Below, piece after piece: positions 56,437 to 64,000 of a DNA stretch of 64,000 nt (its first letter is position 1; every line of letters starts with the position of its first letter). The stretch covers positions 62,001-126,000 of IMG/VR virus record IMGVR_UViG_3300017971_000001; one strand, written 5' to 3'. The notes under the pieces are model-generated. The model was not told the DNA's origin, ran no database searches, and worked only from the letters and a program-made list of their open reading frames with translations. Both the position numbers and the translations under genes were made by a program.

Positions 56437-56645
56437 AGGCCCTCCTTCACGTTGTTGATCAGGACCGAGGTCGCCTGCGGCCACTGCTCACGCGCCTGGT
56501 AGCTGGCGTGCGCCGCCGCGGCCTTGGAGTCGTCGGCGAAGACGTCGTAAGACTGCCACCAGCGGGAGTCGCGACTCAGCCGACCCTTCTCGCCCATTTC
56601 CTGGTGGCGGCACTCGACACGGACACGAAACATGGATCCAGACAC
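56433..56645 (-). CDS. Hypothetical protein
   Basis: AAGGAGG SD just downstream of an orphan CRISPR repeat. Confidence 0.65.
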   Translation of the reverse strand: MSGSMFRVRVECRHQEMGEKGRLSRDSRWWQSYDVFADDSKAAAAHASYQAREQWPQATSVLINNVKEGL

Positions 56646-56667
56646 AGCGACCTCCTTGTTGAGGAAA

Positions 56668-56742
56668 GTGGCAGGTAATAGGCCCCTGCCAGGAATTGTT
56701 GCCGAGAATGGCAGGCAAATAGGCCCTTGTTGGACTTACTGC
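56668..56742 (-). repeat. Two degenerate orphan CRISPR repeats 5 nt apart
   Basis: GTGGCAGGTAATAGGCCCCTGCCAGGAATTGTTGC (56668-56702) and ATGGCAGGCAAATAGGCCCTTGTTGGACTTACTGC (56708-56742). Confidence 0.85.
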
Positions 56743-56804
56743 CACCCGCCGCACCAACCTAACAACCCCAGCCGACAAGTTCACGGAAAACTAAAGGTGG
56801 CAAG

Positions 56805-57344
56805 GTGAAAACCTGGATCTTGTCCGACCGGAGTCGTATCCTGGCCCCAGCAACGGAACGGGACTGGCAAGGGAGGACCGTGGACGGAATCGGAACGATC
56901 AATCACCTTTTGCAGCCGCCCCCGAAGCGAACTCGCCCCCGCCGTTGCAGCGTCGAAGGGTGCTCGAAGCCGACGAGGGAGAACAAGCCGGTCTGTACCG
57001 ACCATGTGCTTGAGCTCCCCTATGCACGCCGGGTTGCAGAAATGGCCCAGCGGATCGAGAAAGAGCACAAAATGCTCCTCCGGGGCCGGCGCCCGAACCA
57101 AGAATGGCTCCTGGTTGAGGACGCGCTGATCTCGATCGCCTTCCAGGAAGAGGAGGAGGTCCCGACGGTCAAGATCTGCAGGACGTGCGACGTCCCTCCC
57201 AAGCTTGCGCTCAAGCTGGCGCGGGCCGGCGGGCTTAGCTACCGAGCTCGGAGGCGGAGTCACGTCTTCAACGTGAAGGACGCGCGCAAGATCGTGATCG
57301 CGCGAATCATTGGCCGTGACGGGCCCAGGGCGCGCAGGTCGTAA
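56805..57344 (+). CDS. Zn-finger protein (paralogue of 43963-44418)
   Basis: RCSVEGC.K.T...KPVCTDH....PYA.RV. Confidence 0.65.
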   Translation: MKTWILSDRSRILAPATERDWQGRTVDGIGTINHLLQPPPKRTRPRRCSVEGCSKPTRENKPVCTDHVLELPYARRVAEMAQRIEKEHKMLLRGRRPNQEWLLVEDALISIAFQEEEEVPTVKICRTCDVPPKLALKLARAGGLSYRARRRSHVFNVKDARKIVIARIIGRDGPRARRS

Positions 57345-57835
57345 TGGACGACAGCATTCGGCCGCACGAACTCGAGATCATTGAGGAATACGAGGACGAC
57401 GACTACGAGGTCTTCCGACGCCACCTCCATTGGACCAGGAAAGAGGGTCGGCGAACCCCCTTCAATCAGCGGGCCTTCGAGGAGGCATGGAGGGGCTTCG
57501 TCGAGAATATCGGCTGGCGGGGCAGCGGGTCCAAGGTGACGGCCATGGTTCGAATGCTCAACTGGCTCCCCTCCCTGAAACAGCATGCTGAAAAGGGAAG
57601 CCTGCGACTCGGGCGCCCAGGTCGCTACTGGAGCGCCTCCGAGCTCGAGCGCTGGGCCGCGACGACTTGCGCCTCGCCGCGGGCGATTCACTCCGCCCGC
57701 TTCCTGCTCTACATTTGGGACCCTGACCAAGAGTGGGCCTGCGGCAACTTCAACCTCAAGCAGGCCTTCAACGCATGGGACGAGGAGCACCGCAGCGTCT
57801 TCGTGCGCTGGGCCGCGGATCCCTGGTGGGGATAG
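57344..57835 (+). CDS. Conserved hypothetical protein
   Basis: ARFLL.IW....FNL..A..AWD.EHR..F..WA.DPWW. Confidence 0.75.
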   Translation: MDDSIRPHELEIIEEYEDDDYEVFRRHLHWTRKEGRRTPFNQRAFEEAWRGFVENIGWRGSGSKVTAMVRMLNWLPSLKQHAEKGSLRLGRPGRYWSASELERWAATTCASPRAIHSARFLLYIWDPDQEWACGNFNLKQAFNAWDEEHRSVFVRWAADPWWG

Positions 57836-57842
57836 GAGCGAC

Positions 57843-58082
57843 ATGATCGACGAGATTGTTGAATACGGAGACTTTATCGACGGCGACGCGAGCTCGATCA
57901 GCTTCGCCGCGATCACCTTCAAGAAGGACTTCGGGCCTTGGAAGAAGGGTCAGAAAATCGACAGTCTCACGCTCCAGTTTTGCCAACTGGGCGAGGACAA
58001 CGCCCCCTGCCCCACCCTTCAGGAGTGGAGTTTCGACGGTGACCTGATCCGCGAATGCAGGGTCAAGCTGGTGCCGGCATGA
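57843..58082 (+). CDS. Hypothetical protein
   Basis: AGGAG SD before MIDEIV. Confidence 0.65.
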   Translation: MIDEIVEYGDFIDGDASSISFAAITFKKDFGPWKKGQKIDSLTLQFCQLGEDNAPCPTLQEWSFDGDLIRECRVKLVPA

Positions 58083-58345
58083 GCGAGCTCTCCTCCGCCC
58101 AAGAACGCGTTCTCAAGGCCTTCCCGCCGGGATCTCGGTGCTGGACCTGCGGCGGCCCCAACTCGGCGCACCGGATCATGGACGAGATCCGCGGCCGGCA
58201 TGAAGCCGGCGACTCCGCCCGCAGGCTCGCCGAGGAGTTCGGCAAGCCCAAGATCGCGATCAACTGCCTGCTCCGCATGTCCGAAAAGGACTACGAGGCC
58301 ATGCTCTTGGCGTCTGCCCTGCCCGAGCACGAAGAGGTAGACTGA
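58079..58345 (+). CDS. Putative HTH protein
   Basis: IRGRHEAGDSARRLAEEFG....AI. Confidence 0.55.
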   Translation: MSELSSAQERVLKAFPPGSRCWTCGGPNSAHRIMDEIRGRHEAGDSARRLAEEFGKPKIAINCLLRMSEKDYEAMLLASALPEHEEVD

Positions 58346-58353
58346 ACAAAATT

Positions 58354-58426
58354 GCTGGAGTAGCTCAACCGGCAGAGCACTCGCCTTGTAAGCGAACGGC
58401 TGCGGGTTCGACCCCCGCCTCCAGCT
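58354..58426 (+). tRNA. tRNA-Thr(TGT)
   Basis: Acceptor GCTGGAG/CTCCAGC, D arm TAGCTCAACCGGCAGAGC, anticodon loop CTTGTAA, T loop GTTCGAC; no encoded CCA. Confidence 0.92.
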
Positions 58427-58584
58427 TGCGCAGCCCGCGACGGTCGCGGTGCGTCGCGCGTTCAAGTGGTTACGTTTTTAAAGTGAGTCAGGAACGATCA
58501 GCGAGAATCGTTAAGCGCGCGCTTCGGATACGGGGAGTCCTGCACGGCTCAACACCGACCCCCTGCAAAGCGCGCTCTCGTCAT

Positions 58585-58656
58585 GGCCCCGTCGACTAGT
58601 GGTTAGGTCACCAGCCTTTCAAGCTGGCTGCGCGGGTTCGAGTCCCGTCGGGGTCA
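58585..58656 (+). tRNA. tRNA-Glu(TTC)
   Basis: Acceptor GGCCCCG/CGGGGTC, anticodon arm CCAGC-CTTTCAA-GCTGG, T loop GTTCGAG. Confidence 0.92.
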
Positions 58657-58669
58657 AAGGAGAAGAGAA

Positions 58670-58906
58670 ATGCAGAATCCCAGTCTCGGCCGAATCGTGA
58701 TCGTCAGGGAACGCATGGGCCCGGAGCCTGCGATCGTGATCAACGTCCGCAGTCCCACCTGCGTTGACGTGCGCCTGCTTGGCGCAGACCCGACCTGCCT
58801 GACTACGGGCGGAGCGACGAACGTCAAGAAGTGCCTCGACTTCGAGAGCCAGTCTGACTACAAGTCGATCAACCCGGGGACGTGGACGTGGCCGGCTCGC
58901 GTCTGA
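58670..58906 (+). CDS. Conserved small phage protein
   Basis: PSLGRIV......PAIV..V.....V....GTW.WPARV. Confidence 0.75.
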   Translation: MQNPSLGRIVIVRERMGPEPAIVINVRSPTCVDVRLLGADPTCLTTGGATNVKKCLDFESQSDYKSINPGTWTWPARV

Positions 58907-59087
58907 TCGTTCCCGAGGACCCGCTTGCCCAGAAGGCGGAGACCTGGCTCAAGGATAAGTCTGGAGCCGCCTGTCGGCGGTGCGGCGTCAACATAGACCT
59001 CGGTCACCGCTACTACGCCGAGGCGAACGGTCTGATCCACTACGCCTGCAAGGCAAGAGAAGAGGTTGACCTCCGCGCGATCGGATT

Positions 59088-59312
59088 CTAGGCCAGTCGG
59101 AACTCCTCGAGCGTGTCCTCGATCACGTAGACCGTGACCTCTCGGTAGTCCCAAATGCCTGGAGAACTCGGCGCTGGATCCTTGCGGCGGAAGACTCGAC
59201 TTCCCCACACGCAGCACTCAGCAACGTGCTCGACCGGAACGATCGCGACCTCGTAGCCCATGCTGTCGAACAAGCGGACCCGAGGTTTGGAGCTTGGGGT
59301 CAGGTCAGCCAC
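59088..59312 (-). CDS. Hypothetical protein
   Basis: ORF at convergent junction. Confidence 0.55.
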   Translation of the reverse strand: MADLTPSSKPRVRLFDSMGYEVAIVPVEHVAECCVWGSRVFRRKDPAPSSPGIWDYREVTVYVIEDTLEEFRLA

Positions 59313-59524
59313 TCGAACTCCAACTCGTCGTCTGAGTCCTCGAGCGCGTCAACGCCCGTCTTGCTGCCGGCCGCCCTCCCCTCCAGTCGGTGCTCGTGGC
59401 TGAAGTCCGTCTTGCGGAGGTGCTCGAGGAGCTCGATCGCCTCGGCCCGATCTCGACAGAATCGCTCTTTGACGACCCGTCCAATCAAGTCCAGAGACAC
59501 GACGTAGTAAGCGATCGAACTCAC
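59300..59524 (-). CDS. Hypothetical protein
   Basis: ORF in chain. Confidence 0.55.
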   Translation of the reverse strand: MSSIAYYVVSLDLIGRVVKERFCRDRAEAIELLEHLRKTDFSHEHRLEGRAAGSKTGVDALEDSDDELEFEWLT

Positions 59525-59540
59525 CCGTTCAGTCTAAGAG

Positions 59541-59566
59541 AAAAGCCCGGCGAACGCTCGCCGGGC
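59541..59566 (-). terminator. Intrinsic terminator
   Basis: GCCCGGCGA-ACGC-TCGCCGGGC with TTTT on the minus strand. Confidence 0.65.
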
Positions 59567-59614
59567 CCCTCCCCCTATGACGGCCTCGCGGCCTAAGCCG
59601 CTTGGTGACTTCGT

Positions 59615-59947
59615 TTACTTGCGACTGCGGACCAACTGCATGACCGCGTTGTAGCTGAGGATCAACCCCAGCGCCCCGCCCGCAATACCCAGAAAGGTGT
59701 TGACCTTGTTCCAGGTCTCGGCGCGGGCCACTCGCTTGAGCTCGTCCTCGCTCGGCTGCAGGTCCCAGGGCAGCGGCTTGATATCCGGCGTCTCGGTCGC
59801 GCCGAGCTCGCGGTAAAGGTCCGTGAATCCCGAACCAACCCGCCCATAGATCGGGTGAACAACACCGCTGCTGGCGAGGACCTTCCTTCCGCGGTCGGTC
59901 AGCCCGCTGCCAAGTGGGTCATTGGAAGTGAGTTCGAGATACGACAC
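59615..59947 (-). CDS. Protein with C-terminal TM helix
   Basis: FLGIAGGALGLILSYNAVM. Confidence 0.7.
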   Translation of the reverse strand: MSYLELTSNDPLGSGLTDRGRKVLASSGVVHPIYGRVGSGFTDLYRELGATETPDIKPLPWDLQPSEDELKRVARAETWNKVNTFLGIAGGALGLILSYNAVMQLVRSRK

Positions 59948-59966
59948 GGCGCGCCCCTGCTGGACT

Positions 59967-60521
59967 CTAGAAAGAGTATTTCTTCAGCGAGTGGTCGGCC
60001 ATGACCTTCGTGAACGTGCTGCGGACCGACCACTCGCTTCCGTCGGTCCGCTTGAGCGCCTTGCAGAGATCGCGCACGAGCGGGCTCGGGAACTCGCCCT
60101 GGGTCTTGCTGCTGGCCCGCTTCTTCTTCGTCCTGCGTCGTGAAGTCGTCAAGAGAGCTCCTCTCAGTGAGCCCAAAGGCTCCTTCTTCTTGGATTCGGG
60201 GCGCGGCGGCGTCGAGAAGAAGCTGCTCGCACGGCGCTTCTTGGTCTTCTTCCGAGGCTTGCGAGGCCTCATGATCTCCTCGGACGCCTCTTGCTGCTCC
60301 GGGTGGGAAACGATCGGCGTCTCGTCGTCCGGCTTGAGCGCGCGGGCGCCACGGACCAGCGAGCGACCGCTGACGTTCCCCTGGGCGTCGACCCGACGGA
60401 CCTTGAACTCCGTGCCGCCACCCTCCTTGGACTGCTTGGCGATCACCTTGACTCGAGTCGGGGTGCCCTGGATCGAAATCTTCCAGGTCGAACCGATCTT
60501 GACTTTGCTTGCGCTTGCCAT
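59967..60521 (-). CDS. Basic, Lys/Arg-rich putative nucleic-acid-binding protein
   Basis: AGGAG SD; beta-rich N-terminus and KR-rich tail. Confidence 0.65.
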   Translation of the reverse strand: MASASKVKIGSTWKISIQGTPTRVKVIAKQSKEGGGTEFKVRRVDAQGNVSGRSLVRGARALKPDDETPIVSHPEQQEASEEIMRPRKPRKKTKKRRASSFFSTPPRPESKKKEPLGSLRGALLTTSRRRTKKKRASSKTQGEFPSPLVRDLCKALKRTDGSEWSVRSTFTKVMADHSLKKYSF

Positions 60522-60818
60522 GTAAGACTCCTGGCCGGGCTGTGGGGGGGGCTTGAGTGAAAGAAGGCCCGGCCAGGATTTCTTTCATTTTAGCAGCCAG
60601 GGTCACCCCTGCTCCGGCGCGCCTTCGCGGTGAAAGCGCGATCCGCAACTACATTCCGAGCTCAGGGTCGCTAGAGCGCGCTTGACGGATCGCTCGCCTG
60701 ATACCTGTTTGCGTTCAGGATCCTGGTCGTTAAACTGGATAACGTTCAGAATCGTGAACATTATGGTTCGGTCGCTCTGTCTGGGTTGCATGAGGTGGAG
60801 ATCCAATAACGATCACTA

Positions 60819-60854
60819 GCGGCAGGTAAATAGGCCCCTGCTAGGACTTGCTGC
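60819..60854 (-). repeat. Solitary CRISPR repeat
   Basis: GCGGCAGGTAAATAGGCCCCTGCTAGGACTTGCTGC, 33/36 identical to the array consensus. Confidence 0.9.
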
Positions 60855-61006
60855 TTCACGAATTTCCGCCGGCGCGACCTCGTTCGCCCGAGCACGCTTC
60901 CTTGATTCTCGATCCGAACGAACCTTGGTCAACGCACAGATCCGGTCCATGATCTGCGAGCCCGATTCCTCAGCACCGAGCCCATGGAAGCAATCGAGCT
61001 CGGCGC

Positions 61007-61411
61007 TCAGAACGACTGCGGCCCGGTCGGGGGCGGCGGGGGAGCATGGCCGCGGGACCAGCCCGCGCTGCGACGGTGGTGCTGGTAGGCCTGCTGAGCC
61101 TGAGCCTGAGCTTGAGCCTGAGCCTCCAACTGCTTCTGCATGTTGCGCTCGTCCGCCCACTGCTGAGCCATTCGCGCCAGCTTGGGGATCAGCAGAGGCA
61201 AGGCCGCGGTCGCGCCGACGCCGATCACCTCTTGACTCTTGCAGCGAAAGCAAACCTCTTCGGCGCCGCAGCCCTTGCAGGCGAACTGCTTTTCGATTCG
61301 AGTCGCTCCGTCAGCGCTGACCTCGCGCTCAAAGTCGCGCAGAACCTGCTCCGGGTCGTGCTCGCCGTCAAACAGCTTCGCCAGCGTCTTGTGGATCCGA
61401 TCCTCGCTCAC
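61007..61411 (-). CDS. Hypothetical protein (CxxC..CxxC, QA repeat)
   Basis: GTG start; AQAQAQAQAQ tract. Confidence 0.6.
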   Translation of the reverse strand: MSEDRIHKTLAKLFDGEHDPEQVLRDFEREVSADGATRIEKQFACKGCGAEEVCFRCKSQEVIGVGATAALPLLIPKLARMAQQWADERNMQKQLEAQAQAQAQAQQAYQHHRRSAGWSRGHAPPPPPTGPQSF

Positions 61412-61709
61412 GCTCGGCCTCCTCTCGTTGCTTCTGCAGGTGTATCTGGACGGCGCGGGCATTGATCAGCGCGATCTGGTCCTTCTCGGAGAGGGACTCG
61501 AACTCGTCACGATCGACGAACACGAGCTTGAGCGCCCCGCCCTCGCCGGCGACGGCCGAGAAGCGAAGGTAGGAGAGGCAGCTGCTGCATACCGACAAGT
61601 CGTTCTCGCGAGGCTTGCGCGCCCGGCTCTCGTCCGCACAGCCGCTGACCGGAATCGGCGTGAAGCAGGAAGGGCACTTCAGGTCGTTGTGAACCCAGTA
61701 TTCAGTCAC
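61368..61709 (-). CDS. Zn-ribbon protein
   Basis: CPSC...P..NDLSVCSSC. Confidence 0.65.
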   Translation of the reverse strand: MTEYWVHNDLKCPSCFTPIPVSGCADESRARKPRENDLSVCSSCLSYLRFSAVAGEGGALKLVFVDRDEFESLSEKDQIALINARAVQIHLQKQREEAERERGSDPQDAGEAV

Positions 61710-61948
61710 AAGGCCCCCTGAATCGGAATCTCGCCGACCGGCTTATTGCTGTAGAGCGTGCAGTCCTCAGCGAACTGCTTCATGGCCCCGCCCGGGTGAT
61801 AGTAAGCATAGCAGGCCCAGCACTCCAAGCAGCAGGCGTAAGACCCAAGCGTGATCGAACCCGGCCAAACTTGAAGTTCGAGCGGGCGCGAACACATGCC
61901 ACAGCGATCTGCTTCAGGCCCATGACTGCGGTCGTTCATGGCTTCCAC
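61706..61948 (-). CDS. Cys-rich hypothetical protein
   Basis: CGMC...CCLEC. Confidence 0.55.
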   Translation of the reverse strand: MEAMNDRSHGPEADRCGMCSRPLELQVWPGSITLGSYACCLECWACYAYYHPGGAMKQFAEDCTLYSNKPVGEIPIQGAL

Positions 61949-62166
61949 CTCTTCACCTTGGACCTTAGCTCGCGAGCGCGATTCTCATGACCCTCGGCGA
62001 GCTTCAAGAGCCTCTCTGCCCAGGCCTCCCACGCCTCTTCGACCGTGGGGTAGAACTTCGTCGACGGGCTCGCGTTGGGAAACGTTTCCTTTTCCGACTC
62101 CTCAAAAGGAACGAAACCCCCGGAGGCGGAATAGGTAATTGCCCAGCGACGGACCTTGCCGCTCAT
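61936..62166 (-). CDS. Hypothetical protein
   Basis: Coupled ATG (MSGKVR). Confidence 0.6.
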   Translation of the reverse strand: MSGKVRRWAITYSASGGFVPFEESEKETFPNASPSTKFYPTVEEAWEAWAERLLKLAEGHENRARELRSKVKRWKP

Positions 62167-62753
62167 GCTCCACCCACTCCACGCTCGATCCGAACGCAGT
62201 TCCACTTGATCGAGGTGCGGTCGGAAAACGGGTTCGAGACGAGCTCGCTTCGATACACCCCGTTGTTGTCGAGCACGAGGCACGAGGCACCCGATCGAAC
62301 GTTGAGGGCGTCTCGCTCGGCCAGGGTCTTGACGACCATGAAGGGATAGCCGGGGGGAGACGAGGACAGGCGGGCAACCGCATGCCAGCGGTGATCTTCG
62401 CCGTAGCGGAACACGCGGCGTTGCTGCTGGGCGTAGATCGTCAGACCCGGCTCGCGGATCTCGCGCGGGACCGTGTGCAAACTGTCCGCGTCCGCGACCT
62501 CCCGAAAGAGCGCGCGGAGCGAGGTCAGCTGCTCCTCGCTCAACGACCTTCCCTCCTGGCGCAGCCAGTTGATCTTGTCCCAGACCCCAGGAATGCGCCC
62601 GTCCTGCTGAATCGTCAAGACGGCCTCGAGCAAGCGGTCGATCACCTCGCCGCCGTCATTGAGGCGCAGCAGCGACCAGTAGAGCTCTTCGGTGGCCTCG
62701 TAGTCGCCCTCCTTGGCGGCGCGCTCGAGTCGCCGAATTCGCTCGTCGCTCAC
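62163..62753 (-). CDS. Hypothetical protein with SDERIRRLER N-terminal module
   Basis: (V)SDERIRRLERAAKEGDYEATEELYWSLLR; coupled to the kinase stop. Confidence 0.7.
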   Translation of the reverse strand: MSDERIRRLERAAKEGDYEATEELYWSLLRLNDGGEVIDRLLEAVLTIQQDGRIPGVWDKINWLRQEGRSLSEEQLTSLRALFREVADADSLHTVPREIREPGLTIYAQQQRRVFRYGEDHRWHAVARLSSSPPGYPFMVVKTLAERDALNVRSGASCLVLDNNGVYRSELVSNPFSDRTSIKWNCVRIERGVGGA

Positions 62754-63304
62754 AGCAAGAGGAACCGCTTGACCGCTTCCGCGGCCTTCGCCCCTAACTC
62801 CTGAGGCGTTCCGTCGTTGACGAGGACTTCGTGCCAGGGGTAGTCCTCGGGGATCATGTGATCGAGGGCCTGGGTCGAAGGTGCGTCGGGGCGGACGATC
62901 TTCAACAAGAGGCCGCCACGCTCGCGAATGGCCTCGGCTTCGTTCACTCCACGGACGTCGGTGAAGATACAGAGCCCCTTGTCGGGCAGATCGTCGAGGG
63001 CCTGATCGCGCCATACGTGCTCGTGAATCTCGCGCCCCTTGCCGCCAACTTCGATCATGAGCTCGAGCGGCGTCTTACCGATCCCGGGGAGCGGCTTGGA
63101 TCGCTCTTCTCTGTGCTGCTCGTAGTAGTCCGGCGGCTGCATGCCGTAGCACTTGAACATGAGGTAGGTGATGTACTTCAGGTCGTAGGCGAACTTGCGC
63201 ACCTCGACGCTGATCCAGGGGAGGTAGGCGCGGATCCCGCGCGCGGCGGTGTCCTTGCCTACCCCCGTCTGGTGCCCCATTCCGATCAGGACGAGCTTGG
63301 ACAC
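62750..63304 (-). CDS. Deoxynucleoside monophosphate kinase (T4 gp1-like)
   Basis: LIGMGHQTGVGKDT (P-loop), FAYDLK, TP.ELMIEVG...R......W, IFTDVR..NEAEAIR..GG....I.R, NDGT. Confidence 0.92.
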   Translation of the reverse strand: MSKLVLIGMGHQTGVGKDTAARGIRAYLPWISVEVRKFAYDLKYITYLMFKCYGMQPPDYYEQHREERSKPLPGIGKTPLELMIEVGGKGREIHEHVWRDQALDDLPDKGLCIFTDVRGVNEAEAIRERGGLLLKIVRPDAPSTQALDHMIPEDYPWHEVLVNDGTPQELGAKAAEAVKRFLLL

Positions 63305-63305
63305 G

Positions 63306-63743
63306 CTACCGCCGGGGCGTCTTGGGGAGGACGTCCTTCTCGCAGCCAGCGACCCGCTTCTTGGCGGGGTTCGCGACCTCGCACATGTAGTGGTAGCTGT
63401 CGGGGTCGTAGTTGGAGTGCTTCTTGAGCGCCGTCGAGAAGACCCCGTCGTAGTTCTCCTCGCCGTCCTGGAAGTTGTCGTAGACCGCGATCACGTTGGC
63501 GAGCGTCTTGCCGCCCTGACCAGGAATCCAGATCTGGTCGCCGACCTTGTAGAGGGGCTTGGGCTTCACCGGGCGGATCGGCTTGGGGGGCTTCGGAGGG
63601 CTGACCGGCTTCGGCAGATCGGCGACGGTGGGCGTCTCGGCCGCAGGAGCAGGGGCGTCCGCCGGAGCAGGAGGGGAAGCGTCGATCACCTCGCCCTCGA
63701 TCTCCTCGGGGTCAATGGGGGTCGGATCGTTTTCGTTCGTCAT
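63306..63743 (-). CDS. Pro-rich protein with C-terminal SH3-like domain
   Basis: PA/PK-rich N-terminus; YKVGDQIW. Confidence 0.65.
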   Translation of the reverse strand: MTNENDPTPIDPEEIEGEVIDASPPAPADAPAPAAETPTVADLPKPVSPPKPPKPIRPVKPKPLYKVGDQIWIPGQGGKTLANVIAVYDNFQDGEENYDGVFSTALKKHSNYDPDSYHYMCEVANPAKKRVAGCEKDVLPKTPRR

Positions 63744-63751
63744 GACGGGTC

Positions 63752-63997
63752 CTAGCAGTTGAATGTGCAGCTGGCACGGTTGGCGTTCCAGAGCATGCAC
63801 TTCTCGCGCACGCAGGGAACCTTGATCGTATCCGCTACGAGCGGCGGATTTGGGTTTTCCTTGGTCGGCTGGGTCTTGGCGTTGTAGCCGAGACCACCCT
63901 GAACCTCGTAGACCGGGACCTCGCGCCCGCCCGCCTGGGGTAGCTGGAGCGCCGACTTGAGATCCGCTGTGTTCAGCTGGGGCCCCATTTGTGCCAT
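63752..63997 (-). CDS. Hypothetical protein (may extend past the window edge)
   Basis: PC..EKC.LW.....C. Confidence 0.55.
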   Translation of the reverse strand: MAQMGPQLNTADLKSALQLPQAGGREVPVYEVQGGLGYNAKTQPTKENPNPPLVADTIKVPCVREKCMLWNANRASCTFNC

Positions 63998-64000
63998 GCC

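Noticed and set aside
61094-61124. (TGAGCC)n hexamer repeat
   Set aside because: Simply encodes the AQAQAQ tract of 61007-61411

Overview
GC-rich (about 65% by eye) segment of what looks like a large bacteriophage or virus-like element. It is densely packed with short, translationally coupled hypothetical genes, has no virion structural genes, and switches strand at about 34.2, 42.1, 56.7 and 59.1 kb. Recognisable genes: DHFR, dNMP kinase, a DUF3310-MazG-like fusion, a SLOG/MoCo-carrier-like protein, DUF1643, an FmdB zinc ribbon, a tyrosine recombinase, an MT-A70 methyltransferase, two ParB/DGQHR-like proteins, two bL12 C-terminal-domain proteins, tRNA-Thr(UGU) and tRNA-Glu(UUC). Two RNA-guided-type modules are present. 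The first is a Cas12m (V-U1)-like effector with an apparently intact RuvC D-E-D triad, followed by a 10-repeat CRISPR array (no cas1/cas2 in the window) and three dispersed orphan repeats. The second is a nuclease-less IS110/Nop-domain (TasA-like) gene broken by one TAG. The dominant unexplained feature is a family of about 88 short genes (50-95 aa, roughly a quarter of the window) in seven tandem clusters plus one solitary copy. Almost all begin M-x-RRRR (or a close Arg-rich variant) and continue into a hypervariable Gly/Arg/aromatic body with G-x-G-(L/F) motifs, chained by 4- or 7-nt stop/start overlaps. The largest cluster (29 genes) lies directly downstream of a putative Sm/Hfq-fold gene. 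Most of these genes are missed or mis-started in the supplied ORF track. All assignments are by-eye motif recognition; no searches were run.
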